Origin: an uncultured Poribacteria bacterium
Lineage (GTDB): Bacteria > Poribacteria > WGA-4E > WGA-3G
DNA length: 64,000 bases
Direction: 5' to 3'
Assembly (NCBI GenBank): GCA_958296135.2
Contig: CATQHZ020000001.1
Span: 448,001 to 512,000, forward strand
Positions 1 through 10,062 of the stretch are shown piece by piece. The notes under the pieces are model-generated. The model was not told the origin of the DNA and searched no databases. It saw only the letters and a program-made list of their open reading frames with translations. Numbering within the stretch: position 1 is the first letter of the stretch; every line of letters starts with the position of its first letter. The translations under genes were made by a program, and so were the position numbers.

Positions 1-2
1 AC

Positions 3-986
3 GACTATTACTCCGAGGAATGGATTTTCTCGACGAACCGGGCAATTACTCCCGGGAGAGAGAACCCGCCGGACAAAGGCTTGAGCCGTATCCAACTCCC
101 GAGCGGTGAAGTGGTTCTACTGAAGGGGTTGTTGGACGCGTTCCCCGAAGAGACGCTCGGCACTGCGCATGTCGCTAAATACGGCACCGACTTGGGCGTG
201 CTGCTCAAGATTTTTGATGTCGGTGAGGGGGCGCATATCCCTATCCACTGGCATCCGAATCCGGAATTTGCGCTGGAACACCTCGACTCGCCGTTCGGCA
301 AGAATGAGGCGTGGATTTTGATTGGTACACGCCCCGGTGCGAAGGCGTGGATAGGCTGGAAGGAAGCTATCGACAAGGCAGACTTCCGCCGCTTGATGGA
401 AGCACAGGACGTGCAAACGCTGCGCAGCCTGATGCATGTCGTCGAACCGAAGGTGGGCGAGGTCTACTTCTTACGCACCCCCATCGTCCATTCGCTTGGC
501 ACAGGGCTCTGCGTTTTGGAACCGCAAGAACCCACCGATTGGAACATTCTCGCCGAGTGGGAAGGCTTCCCGTATGACAGAGAAGATGGACACCTCGGCC
601 TCGGATGGGAGCTGGCTGTCGATGCTGCTGAATTCGATAAGTTGGAATTGGACTATCTCAACAACTACATTCGGCGCACGCCCGCGCTCGTCAGGGAAGA
701 AGGTGACAACCGCGAAGACCGGATTGTGCCAGAGGCGGCATCACAATACTTCGGATGTTCCCGATTGACGGTGGCTTCGACACTCAGCATGCCCGCCGGC
801 AAAGGCTTCTATTGTCTTGTCACATTAGGCGGCGAGGGCAAATTGCAGGGGCCTTTTGATGATGTCCCGCTTCGCCGTGGCAAATCCGTTTTCATTCCGC
901 GCTGCTTATCGGGGTATGAAATCGTCAGCACCGGTGACGCTTCGATGGAGATTATTTGCTGCTACCCGCCGACGGTTGCCGAGTAA
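3..986 (+). CDS. Class I mannose-6-phosphate isomerase-like cupin protein (5'-truncated by window edge)
   Basis: The frame is open from base 3 (DYYSEEWIFSTNRA...). PMI-type motifs LLKIFD, IHWHP, GKNEAW, H..G.G and EPQEPTD. Confidence 0.75.
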   Translation, partial: DYYSEEWIFSTNRAITPGRENPPDKGLSRIQLPSGEVVLLKGLLDAFPEETLGTAHVAKYGTDLGVLLKIFDVGEGAHIPIHWHPNPEFALEHLDSPFGKNEAWILIGTRPGAKAWIGWKEAIDKADFRRLMEAQDVQTLRSLMHVVEPKVGEVYFLRTPIVHSLGTGLCVLEPQEPTDWNILAEWEGFPYDREDGHLGLGWELAVDAAEFDKLELDYLNNYIRRTPALVREEGDNREDRIVPEAASQYFGCSRLTVASTLSMPAGKGFYCLVTLGGEGKLQGPFDDVPLRRGKSVFIPRCLSGYEIVSTGDASMEIICCYPPTVAE

Positions 987-1062
987 GCGGGGCCTCCCAG
1001 TCCCGATACGGTAGCGCGCGATTTGCCCAGACCGCGCAGAAAAGAGATACGCGCCTTGTGAG

Positions 1063-2289
1063 GTGCCGGTGGACACTAAAGATTTCAAAGCACCCAAACC
1101 GAGTCCGCTCGCGATGGCGGTGGCGCGAGCTGTCATGCCGCTCATCAATCGGTGGTACCTGAAGGGGCTAACGCTAGACATCAATGCGGAATCGATGGCG
1201 CGCCTAAAAACGACTAGCGGGTACCCGACGGTTTTCGCGCCGAACCACGCGGCGCACGCAGACCCGGCCGTCATGTTCCTCTTGTCAAAACGGCTCTCAC
1301 AGGCGTTTTACTATATGACAGCGCGGGAGACTTTTGACACTGGGAGTTTCGGGGCAATCCGCAGTTTTCTGATGCAACACCTCGGTGCGTATTCCATTGT
1401 GCGCGGCACGGCGGATAGAAACGCGTTCCGCACTACAAGGCAACTGCTCGTCAACGGGGCGGGCCCGCTCGTCATCTTCGCAGAAGGCGAAATCTCCCGG
1501 CAGAATGACACCGTCATGCGCTTTGAGAGAGGCATCACACAACTCTGTTTTTGGGCCCTGGAGGATATGAAAAAGGCGGGCATCGGCAAACCGCTCTATG
1601 TCGTGCCGCTCGGAATCAAGTATGGCTATACCCACGATATGTGGGACACAATTGACACCGCGCTCACGCAATTAGAGCGAGAGATTTTGCCGCCGGCAGA
1701 ACGCACGCCGGTTGAACGTTATGAACGGTTGCGCAGAATCGGCGTGGAGATTTTGTCAACGCTGACGAAGGAGTATCACGCGCACCTTGCAACGGGAACC
1801 CTGGAGGCGCAAATTCAAGAATTGAAGGAGCATATCCTTGCACACGCGGAAAACATCATGGGCATCCACTCCGATGCTGATGTGCTTACCCGCGTCCGTG
1901 CCTTGAAAAACCTCGTTGATGCCGAGGTCTACCGAGACGTTGAGCAGATGATGGCGTATGAACGGCAGGTGCATGAACAACAACTTCAGAAATTCCAGTT
2001 ATTCTATCCAGATCTGGAACGGTTGATTAATTTTATCGCGATTTCCGATGGATACGTTGCTGAAGAACCGTCACCTGAACGATTTCTTGAGGTGATTAGC
2101 CGATTTGAAAGGGAGGTTTTTGGCACGTCGAAAATGCGCGGACCGCGCATCGCTTCCATCCGGGTTGGCGAACCTAAAAACCTCGCAGCGTGTTACGATA
2201 TCTATAGCACTCAGAAAAGAGAGACGGTGGAGAAAATCACGCTTGAACTGGAAACAGCAGTTCAGCAGCTCATCTCCGATGGCTTGTAA
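1063..2289 (+). CDS. Phospholipid/glycerol acyltransferase (PlsC family)
   Basis: NHAAHADP (HxxxxD) and IFAEG motifs. Confidence 0.85.
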   Translation: MPVDTKDFKAPKPSPLAMAVARAVMPLINRWYLKGLTLDINAESMARLKTTSGYPTVFAPNHAAHADPAVMFLLSKRLSQAFYYMTARETFDTGSFGAIRSFLMQHLGAYSIVRGTADRNAFRTTRQLLVNGAGPLVIFAEGEISRQNDTVMRFERGITQLCFWALEDMKKAGIGKPLYVVPLGIKYGYTHDMWDTIDTALTQLEREILPPAERTPVERYERLRRIGVEILSTLTKEYHAHLATGTLEAQIQELKEHILAHAENIMGIHSDADVLTRVRALKNLVDAEVYRDVEQMMAYERQVHEQQLQKFQLFYPDLERLINFIAISDGYVAEEPSPERFLEVISRFEREVFGTSKMRGPRIASIRVGEPKNLAACYDIYSTQKRETVEKITLELETAVQQLISDGL

Positions 2290-2419
2290 AGGTAACGTCG
2301 GGACAGATGTCGTTCATAACCATACGCTATCATAGAGCGAAGGTTTGTCCCTCACCGTACACCGAGTTGTAAGGACGGATGCATATATCCGCCCGTGAGT
2401 TAACGAAAGGAAACAAAAC

Positions 2420-3334
2420 ATGGCAAAAAAATTGTCTATTGGTAGTTGGGCTTACACTTTTGGCCCTTATGAAGATAACCCCGTGCCGTTTGACACCGTC
2501 GTCAAACGTCTCAGCGAACTTGAATTTGATGGCGTGGAAATCGGCGCGTTCAAACCGCACATTGACATCAACGACTACCCGATGAAAAGCGACCGGGATG
2601 CCGTCAAAGCACTCATCGCCTCCCACGGCTTGGAAGTCTCCGGGCTCGCCGCTGACTTCTGGTCGCACCCCGGTCCCGCCACGGACGAGGCGCAAGAGGA
2701 CGACAGATACTTTAAGTTGTTCAAGGCGAACCTCCAACTGGCCTTGGACCTCGGTTCCCCTGCCATCCGCGTTGATACCGTTACCGATGCCGAGGCAGAA
2801 ATTCCCGGCGTAGACAGGGAGACAGCCTGGGCTCGGATTGTCTCTGTGTGGCGACGCTGCGCGCAAGTTGCGGAAGACCACGGTGTCCTCATGCTCTGGG
2901 AGTTTGAGCCCGGCTTCATGTTCAACAAACCGAGCGAGATTATCGCGATGCCGCAAGCGGTAGCTCATCCCAATTTCAAGGTGATGTTCGACACGTGCCA
3001 TGCACAGATGTGTGCTGTTGTCGGCGCGCGGCAGGTAGGCGAGCCGGAGACACTCGGCGATAACGGCGTAGTCGATCTGGCGCGGCAGCTCAAGGGACAG
3101 ATTGGGCACTTCCACCTTATCGACTCCGATAACACGTTGCACGGCGATGAGACGAGCACGCACGCGCCGTTTGGGCAAGGCGTGCTTGACTTTGACGCAA
3201 TCATCCCTGTCATTATGGAAGAGACCGGCTACGATGGCGACTGGTTCTCCATCGATCTCTGCTTCTGGCCGGGTGCATGGGAAGTGACAGAGAACGCGAA
3301 GAAGTTCCTCACGCCGTATTTGGAACGGTATTAG
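2420..3334 (+). CDS. Sugar phosphate isomerase/epimerase (xylose isomerase-like TIM barrel)
   Basis: FDGVEI, WEFEP, FDTCH and HFHLID motifs; AAAGGA RBS. Confidence 0.85.
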   Translation: MAKKLSIGSWAYTFGPYEDNPVPFDTVVKRLSELEFDGVEIGAFKPHIDINDYPMKSDRDAVKALIASHGLEVSGLAADFWSHPGPATDEAQEDDRYFKLFKANLQLALDLGSPAIRVDTVTDAEAEIPGVDRETAWARIVSVWRRCAQVAEDHGVLMLWEFEPGFMFNKPSEIIAMPQAVAHPNFKVMFDTCHAQMCAVVGARQVGEPETLGDNGVVDLARQLKGQIGHFHLIDSDNTLHGDETSTHAPFGQGVLDFDAIIPVIMEETGYDGDWFSIDLCFWPGAWEVTENAKKFLTPYLERY

Positions 3335-3426
3335 ATGCAGTTACCGCGGTAGGGGCGGTTTGCAGCGCACCGCAAGCCTGCGCGCTTACAACGCGCGTCT
3401 ACAGGGAATTAAAAGGGACCGGAAAC

Positions 3427-4281
3427 ATGCTCAACCTGCGTTCAATAGATGCCCTGCTTGAACTCGCGTTCGCGGAGGACATCGGCATCGGCGACATCAC
3501 TACCGAGGCGACAGTTCCGCCTTCTCAACAGGGAGTCGGGACAATCGTTGCCAAGAGCGGTGGTGTTGTCGCCGGGCTGCCTGTTGCGGCGCGCGTTTTT
3601 GAGAAGCTAGATGCGACGCTCGCCTTTCGCGCGCTGGTTAACGATGGCGATGAAGTTGTTGCAGGCACCCGAATCGCCGAGGTGCAGGGCAGTGCGAAGA
3701 CAATCCTGCTCGGCGAGCGGAGCGCGCTCAACTTCCTCCAGCGGCTGTCTGGTATCGCCACGCTCACCGCGCAATTTGTTAACGCTGTCGCGGACTACAC
3801 TGTCAAAATAGTGGATACGCGGAAGACAGCGGCGGGGTGGCGCGCTGTGCAGAAATACGCCGTGCGCGTCGGCGGTGGGTATAACCACCGCTTCGGGCTT
3901 TTCGATGGCGTGTTGATTAAGGATAATCACATCGTCGCTGCCGGTGGCATTGCAAATGCGGTGCAGCAGGCGCGCGAGGTTGTCCCGCATACTGGAAGGA
4001 TTGAGGTGGAGGTAGAGACAGCGGCGCAGGTAGAGGAAGCCCTGGAAGCGGGTGCGGATATCTTACTGCTTGATAACATGTCCGTTTCGCTCATGCGGCG
4101 CGCCGTTGAACAGATTGGCGGCAGAGCTGTCACGGAGGCATCCGGCGGCATCACCCTGGAACGGGTGCGGGAAGTTGCGGCAACCGGTGTCAATTTCATC
4201 TCTGTCGGTGCGTTGACGCATTCTGCTATGCCGCTGGATATCAGTTTGACGCTTTTTCGTCTGTCGCAATGCGTTGGTTGA
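3427..4281 (+). CDS. nadC: Nicotinate-nucleotide pyrophosphorylase (carboxylating)
   Basis: EDIG.GDITT, DTRKT, NHRFGL.DGVLIKDNH, EVEV, LLDN, EASGGI, SVGALTHS. Start moved to the ATG at 3427. Confidence 0.95.
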   Translation: MLNLRSIDALLELAFAEDIGIGDITTEATVPPSQQGVGTIVAKSGGVVAGLPVAARVFEKLDATLAFRALVNDGDEVVAGTRIAEVQGSAKTILLGERSALNFLQRLSGIATLTAQFVNAVADYTVKIVDTRKTAAGWRAVQKYAVRVGGGYNHRFGLFDGVLIKDNHIVAAGGIANAVQQAREVVPHTGRIEVEVETAAQVEEALEAGADILLLDNMSVSLMRRAVEQIGGRAVTEASGGITLERVREVAATGVNFISVGALTHSAMPLDISLTLFRLSQCVG

Positions 4282-4559
4282 GTTGCTGCGGTGAAGAAGC
4301 CCTTGGCTTACCGGGCCGTCTTGCCGTTGTCAAGACTTGCATATCTTGGGATGCCAAGACAGAACCACCACGCTTGGGAATCGGCGCATTGTTCTCGGTT
4401 CCCAGTTGACAAAGGATTTGAAAGCAAACGAAACATCTGAATAGAGCAGAAATGGGATAGACGCGAAAACGTCGTAATGTCCGTAGGCGCTGTTTGTCAC
4501 CGCGCCTCCGGGGGGACGTTCGGCGGCTATCCTGACGATAAAAAAAGGAATTTAGGGCT

Positions 4560-5465
4560 ATGCTAACCATTGAACCCACCAAAACGAAACTGGGTTGGAT
4601 CGGCACCGGTGTCATGGGACGCTGGATGTGCCAACACTTGATGGATTTGGGCTATGCGATGTCCGTTTACAATCGCACCAAAGCGAAGGCGGAGCCGCTC
4701 ATTGAAGCGGGCGCGACGTGGGCAGATTCGCCGAGTGAAGTCGCCGCCGCATCCGATGTCATCTTCACGATTGTCGGGTTTCCGCCGGATGTGCGCGAGG
4801 TATACCTCGGCGAGAACGGTATTTTAAAGGGCGCGAAGCGGGGCAGCATCATCGTTGATATGACGACGACGGAGCCTTCTCTCGCGCAAGAGATTTACGT
4901 CGCGGCGCAGGAACAGGGTGTCTTATCAGTGGATGCCCCCGTTTCGGGTGGCGATGTCGGTGCGCGGGAGGCACGCCTCTCCATCATGGTAGGCGGTGAT
5001 GTGGATGCCGTGCGCGCGGTGATGCCGCTCTTCTCGGCGATGGGAAAGAACATCGTCCATCAAGGTGGCGCGGGCGCGGGACAGCACACCAAGATGTGCA
5101 ATCAGATTACCATCTCCGGCACGATGATAGGTGTCTGCGAGGGGTTGCTTTACGGCTACAAAGCCGGGTTGGATTTGGAGACGATGTTGTCGTCGATTAG
5201 TGGTGGCGCGGCGGCGTGCTGGTCCCTCGACAATTTAGCACCGCGCGTCCTGAAACGTGACTTTGACCCGGGTTTCTTCGTGGAGCATTTCATCAAGGAC
5301 ATGAGCATCGCCTTAGACGAGGCGCGCAAGATGCATTTGAGTTTACCGGGGCTTGCGTTAGTGCATCAGCTCTATACTGCGGTTCAGGCGCAGGGGCACG
5401 GCCGTCTCGGCACGCAGGCGTTGCTGTTGGCCTTGGAGCAGATGTCTGGGGCGGAGGTGAAGTAG
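4560..5465 (+). CDS. Beta-hydroxyacid dehydrogenase (3-hydroxyisobutyrate dehydrogenase/tartronate semialdehyde reductase family)
   Basis: [29 protein letters not shown] and F.....KD motifs. Confidence 0.9.
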   Translation: MLTIEPTKTKLGWIGTGVMGRWMCQHLMDLGYAMSVYNRTKAKAEPLIEAGATWADSPSEVAAASDVIFTIVGFPPDVREVYLGENGILKGAKRGSIIVDMTTTEPSLAQEIYVAAQEQGVLSVDAPVSGGDVGAREARLSIMVGGDVDAVRAVMPLFSAMGKNIVHQGGAGAGQHTKMCNQITISGTMIGVCEGLLYGYKAGLDLETMLSSISGGAAACWSLDNLAPRVLKRDFDPGFFVEHFIKDMSIALDEARKMHLSLPGLALVHQLYTAVQAQGHGRLGTQALLLALEQMSGAEVK

Positions 5466-5729
5466 GGTCCCTCTATTTACCGTAGGGCGAGGGCCTGTCT
5501 CTCGCCCTAAGTTTAGTGGTATTCGTTGCCTTGATTTATGCAGTCTTTTTGAAATATGAAAGGCTCGCGATTAATACCAATGTAGTTCGGGCTCGCAATT
5601 CTCCGGTGTTAGTGACATCGGGAGCCCGGACGGTCAAAATCGCTTGGCAATGTGCCAGAGTTTCAGACGAGTTTGACCTACGGCCGCGATTCGATTCAAC
5701 TTCATTTCATATAACAAGGAGCTAGGGAT

Positions 5730-7616
5730 ATGCCCGAAATGATTCCCCCCAAAATTTCTGACGATGCTCCGATGTCGGAAAAAATCATTTTTGAGAACCT
5801 CAAGAGAGCACCTCATGCCAGAAGTTGGGTGGTGCTTCATTCACAATCCGTGAAAAATCCCAAAAGTCCTGCAAGACCGCGCGAGATTGACTTCGTGATC
5901 CTCGATGCAGATAACTGCTCTGTCATCTGCCTTGAGGCAAAAGGCGGAGGCTACGAAATCAACGAAGGGAGATGGTATAGTCTGCCTCAGCGCGTTGAGG
6001 TTCAACCGCCGCCCCAACAGTCCCGAAGTGCGATGTTTGCGTTGAAGAATGAATTTGATTCCCACTTTGCCTCAAATTCATTGCTTTCGCTTGGGTGCGC
6101 AGTGGCATTCACGGACGGTCAATTCCCCAGGGGCGTGAGGCTACCTCAGGAAGCATTGATAATCGAAAGATATGTTGCCCGGAACCCTGATAAACTGGGG
6201 AACATGTTAAAGGATTATGCCACCGAGCTGCCGCCACAATCTGTGAGGGCTCTACTTAGTACTAATCCTGAGAAATCAAGGGAAGCATTGGAGTCCCTAG
6301 ATCAACTGCGGACTACCTTGGAGGGCAGTGGAGAGGTGATCGAACCGGACAAGATAGACGCTTCCGAATTAGCGACTTACCGCGCGTTGTTGCTGCGGTT
6401 GACAACCGATCAACTTAACAGCTTGAAACTAACCAAGCAGAATCACCGTTGTGTGATTGATGGCGCGGCAGGTACCGGCAAAACCGTCCTCGCCATGGAA
6501 CTCGCCAAACAGCGTTGCGAGGAGGGTGAAATCGTCGCCCTACTGTGCAGCAACCGAAATCTGAGCGAGCGTTTTGAGGTCTGGGCGGAAAATTTTTGGG
6601 GTGCGATTGTAGCAGGCACGCCCGCGACCCTGCCGCTTCGGGCTTTCAGTGAAGATTCAGTTTTCGCAGATCCAACTTTTGCGGAGAAGCACCAGCGGAG
6701 ATTAGAAAATTCCCCGAATCTCGAAGGTTCGCTGAAGTTCGGTTATCTGGATGACCAGTGGGAACAGTTCGTAGACGAGACGGTTGAAGCCCTGAGCAAG
6801 AAGGGCATTTTCGACTATCTGATTGTCGACGAGGCACAGAATCTGTGCGATCCAATGTTCCTTAAACTGATGGACGCGCTGCTGAAAGACGGATTGGCTG
6901 GGGGACGCTGGACAATGTTTGGCGATTTCACCCACCAAGATATCGTCTACCCGACTGAACTCGGCAGAAAGGGAACGGATGTGCTGGCGGACTTTGGACT
7001 CTATTGGGCCAACGACCGGCTGGAAACCAACTGCCGAAATACAGAGGAGATAGCCACTAAAGTTGCGATGTTGGTTGACATTGAAGTTCCGCCGAGGTCT
7101 GGTGTATACGGGCCGCACGTTCAAATCAAATACTTCAATTCGCAGGAAGATTTGGAAGATCTGTTGGAGAATTTTCTATCTAATTGGCAAGATGCAAATT
7201 TCCATCCTGAGCAAATCATCCTGCTGTCCAGTGGCATCGGCAACGAGTTTGATACCGCGCGCGAGTACGCTGGTTGGAAACCTCGCAACATACGGGAAAT
7301 TTCAGAGGCAGATCTTAAGTACGCGGAAGGGGTTGTGATTCCTAGCGGTTCCTCTCTCAGGAATACGCTCAGGTACAGCGATGTCTATGACTTCCAGGGG
7401 CTGGAAAGCGATGTGGTTCTCCTAGTTCTTCCAGACAACGAGGATATGGTTGTTTTAGAAGGCGGCATTGCTATTCCTCGCGAAAAACACCTGAGCAGGC
7501 TTCTCTATACAGGCATGAGCCGTGCAAAGGCAATGCTCGTCGTCGTTGCTCATAAAAACTACCAGAGCACTTTGGAGTCGCGCGAGGCGTTGTATCGTAT
7601 ACTAAAACGCGTCTAA
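5730..7616 (+). CDS. NERD nuclease domain fused to SF1/UvrD-like helicase
   Basis: N-terminal EIDFVIL...LEAKGG; Walker A GAAGTGKT; DEAQ; NCRN; FQGLES; YTGMSRA. Confidence 0.8.
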   Translation: MPEMIPPKISDDAPMSEKIIFENLKRAPHARSWVVLHSQSVKNPKSPARPREIDFVILDADNCSVICLEAKGGGYEINEGRWYSLPQRVEVQPPPQQSRSAMFALKNEFDSHFASNSLLSLGCAVAFTDGQFPRGVRLPQEALIIERYVARNPDKLGNMLKDYATELPPQSVRALLSTNPEKSREALESLDQLRTTLEGSGEVIEPDKIDASELATYRALLLRLTTDQLNSLKLTKQNHRCVIDGAAGTGKTVLAMELAKQRCEEGEIVALLCSNRNLSERFEVWAENFWGAIVAGTPATLPLRAFSEDSVFADPTFAEKHQRRLENSPNLEGSLKFGYLDDQWEQFVDETVEALSKKGIFDYLIVDEAQNLCDPMFLKLMDALLKDGLAGGRWTMFGDFTHQDIVYPTELGRKGTDVLADFGLYWANDRLETNCRNTEEIATKVAMLVDIEVPPRSGVYGPHVQIKYFNSQEDLEDLLENFLSNWQDANFHPEQIILLSSGIGNEFDTAREYAGWKPRNIREISEADLKYAEGVVIPSGSSLRNTLRYSDVYDFQGLESDVVLLVLPDNEDMVVLEGGIAIPREKHLSRLLYTGMSRAKAMLVVVAHKNYQSTLESREALYRILKRV

Positions 7617-7635
7617 AAAACCGTAGGATGCTATT

Positions 7636-7664
7636 GAACCTGCCCCAAAACCTGGGGTAGGTTC
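7636..7664. terminator. Hairpin between convergent genes
   Basis: GAACCTGCCCCA-aaacc-TGGGGTAGGTTC stem-loop. Confidence 0.5.
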
Positions 7665-7714
7665 TTCTGCAGCAGGTTTCGTGATGGTAGGCAGGCTAAA
7701 GGAACCTCAGTCCG

Positions 7715-8833
7715 CTATGTCCGATTCGCGAGATTTTCAAGATGTTGCTGGATCTTAGCTGAGTCTTCGTATCCAAAACTCATAGCTAGTTTGAAACATC
7801 TCGCAGCCGAAACCCCATCGTTCTGGAATAGTGCGTGCACTCCGGCATAGTAGAAGCCTGCAGGATTTTTATCTGGATTGTCAATCATATGGATCAAAAA
7901 GTCGGCAAGGTTTTTACCCTGTGGAATGCCAATTACGCTGGCCAATAGGTTAATAGCCCCGTTAACCGCATCCTGGCCTTTAATGAACTTGTACATTTTG
8001 TGGTTAACGAAGTCTGTCTGATAGTTAGGACAGCGTCTAACTGCGTTATCGTAGTCCTCAATGGCTCTCATGCGCTTACCCATCACGCGATATAAGTCGC
8101 CTCTGCTGACGTAGAGTGGGGCGTGGTTAGGCTTGAGACTGATGGCCTTGTTGTAGTTCCGGAGGGCACTGTCATAATCGCCCTTGGCGGCATAGGTATA
8201 CCCCATGCCATCGTAAGTTGTGGCAAAGTTGGGATTGCGTCTGATAGCCTTGTTGAAGTCTACGATAGCCTTGTCAGATTCGCCTTTAAAAGCGTAGGCC
8301 CATCCCCTTCTAGTATAGGCGGTTGCATAGTCGGGATTGATGCTGAGGGCCTTGGTGCAGTCTTCAATAGCTAGCCCATAATCGCCTTCGCGCGAGTGGA
8401 CATACGCCCGGTTAATATAGGCAGTGGGATAGTTGGGCCGGAGAGCGATAGCCTTGCTATAATCGGCGATGGCCTTGTCGGATTCGCCTTTCGCAGCATA
8501 AGCGAATCCCCTGTTATTATAGAGGCCAACATCGTTGGGATCGATCTGAAGTCCCCTATTGTAGTCTTTGATAGACCCGTCATAATAGCCTCTGTGCGAA
8601 TAACTGTATCCCCTCTCTCTATAGGTTGTGGCATCGTTGGGGTCGATGCTAAGGGCCTTGGTGAAGTCCTTGATAGCCTTATCATGGTCCCCTTTGGCCG
8701 CGTAGGCAGATGCTCTGAACTTGTAGGCTTCAGCATTCTCGGAGTTCACCCGGATTGCCTCGTCGAAGGCCGCGATAGCTTTATCATAATCGCCGTTTTC
8801 AGGGTTGTCAAGGTTGAAAGTTTTGTTGTGCAC
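7715..8833 (-). CDS. Tetratricopeptide repeat protein
   Basis: About 7-8 regular 34-aa repeats of the type AY.NRG.AY...G.YD.AI.DY.KAI...P. Confidence 0.9.
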   Translation of the reverse strand: MHNKTFNLDNPENGDYDKAIAAFDEAIRVNSENAEAYKFRASAYAAKGDHDKAIKDFTKALSIDPNDATTYRERGYSYSHRGYYDGSIKDYNRGLQIDPNDVGLYNNRGFAYAAKGESDKAIADYSKAIALRPNYPTAYINRAYVHSREGDYGLAIEDCTKALSINPDYATAYTRRGWAYAFKGESDKAIVDFNKAIRRNPNFATTYDGMGYTYAAKGDYDSALRNYNKAISLKPNHAPLYVSRGDLYRVMGKRMRAIEDYDNAVRRCPNYQTDFVNHKMYKFIKGQDAVNGAINLLASVIGIPQGKNLADFLIHMIDNPDKNPAGFYYAGVHALFQNDGVSAARCFKLAMSFGYEDSAKIQQHLENLANRT

Positions 8834-8949
8834 TCAGGAGTCTCCTTATCTAGTGGAACATAGGTTGTGAACTACATTGCACAAGAGCCCTATTTCCTCA
8901 CTAACATTTGTTTGAGATCGGGAAATCTCAAACTACAGAAGGGGGAGAA

Positions 8950-9137
8950 CTGAATCACTCTGGCATCATTGCCATTCAGGCTCGTCAAGGCTGCCATTTC
9001 CTCCGCGGTGATAGCGTTCGTTTCTTCGCGGCCGCGGTTCGTCTCAATGCCGATGTGAAGGGCCCCTCTGCCTTACCGAGCGCGGTTTGGATAACAGCAC
9101 GGAGAGCCGGATCTGGGATATCGACGGTTTGTGCCAT
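8950..9137 (-). pseudogene. Remnant N-terminal cap of an internalin-like LRR protein
   Basis: Reads MAQTVDIPDPALRAVIQTALGKAEG, then in another frame AITAEEMAALTSL. No LRR array follows. Confidence 0.55.
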
Positions 9138-9242
9138 TGCGATTAACGGCACGAACTCCTGATTTTTGGTGAGTGCGCGTTGCCCGCGCGCCCACCGTGT
9201 TCGCTTTTTTTAACGCGCGGCGGGCGTGCCCGCGGATTGAAC

Positions 9243-9896
9243 CTACCCGAAGAAAATTGTCTTGATGATATAGAGGAGGATAGCCCCGCCAATCCCAAGC
9301 ACTATCCGCTTCATCCACTCGACCTCGGTGCTTAATCTCTCAATCGTTACAGCGAGGGTCCGGATTTCCTTCTGCACTTGATCGAACCGATTATCCGTTT
9401 TGTCAAAGCGCGCATCAACTTTGTTGAATTCGGCATCAACTTTGTCAAAGCGTTTTTCGTAGGGTGCTAAGCAGTCCCTGATGATTTGGACCAGGTCCGC
9501 CGACAACTCCTTGCGGAGCCGTTGGTAAATTTCTTCAATAGAAACAGAGACCTGCGGGTCCGGATTCGGCGAGAACGGCACGGTTTCAGCACGGACATAG
9601 GGGGTATAGGGCCCTCTCGGTTGCTCTAACGTCCCTTCAGCCGCCAACTTCTTAAAGATAGGCATGACGACATCGTAGCGGAACGTTTTGTATCCCGCCC
9701 GGTTCTTCGCGTCTCGCTGTTCGCGCGACAATTGAAAGGTATCAGCCAATGTTACCGCTGCTTCCCCAACCGTCATTCCCTCATGCGGAAATTCCAGATC
9801 GAGAATGGCCGTTTTGACTTCTTCAGGTGCCGGTAGTTTTATCTGGTATTCTTGCCCGGTGGCCGGGTCAAAAGCGGTTTTCGTCACGGTTTTCAT
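9243..9896 (-). CDS. Mrr N-terminal-like winged-helix domain + heptad coiled coil + C-terminal transmembrane helix
   Basis: LADTFQLSREQR...FRYDVV...LEQP; heptads RFDKVDA/EFNKVDA/RFDKTDN/RFDQVQK; hydrophobic tail. GAGG RBS before the ATG at 9896. Confidence 0.55.
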   Translation of the reverse strand: MKTVTKTAFDPATGQEYQIKLPAPEEVKTAILDLEFPHEGMTVGEAAVTLADTFQLSREQRDAKNRAGYKTFRYDVVMPIFKKLAAEGTLEQPRGPYTPYVRAETVPFSPNPDPQVSVSIEEIYQRLRKELSADLVQIIRDCLAPYEKRFDKVDAEFNKVDARFDKTDNRFDQVQKEIRTLAVTIERLSTEVEWMKRIVLGIGGAILLYIIKTIFFG

Positions 9897-9995
9897 AGCA
9901 TATATCCTCAGGCGGCTCGCGCATGGGTGCGTGTATGCCACCCCGCCGAGCAGTTTGAACATCTCGTGAATTGTCGGCCCAAGGCATTTCTTTCG

Positions 9996-10030
9996 GATAA
10001 GGACGGATATCGTTCATATCCGTCCTTATC
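9996..10030. terminator. 15-bp perfect hairpin downstream of dnaN
   Basis: GATAAGGACGGATAT-cgttc-ATATCCGTCCTTATC. Confidence 0.55.
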
Positions 10031-10062
10031 GCTCATAGCCGGTGCGGTGTGCCGTGCGCCGT

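Noticed and set aside
3277-3426. N-terminal extension of nadC in the ORF track
   Set aside because: It overlaps the upstream gene and a REP-like intergenic region; recognisable NadC starts at the ATG at 3427.
4282-4559. Possible ncRNA in the intergenic gap
   Set aside because: No recognisable tRNA, SRP or riboswitch consensus; only a partial repeat-family hairpin.
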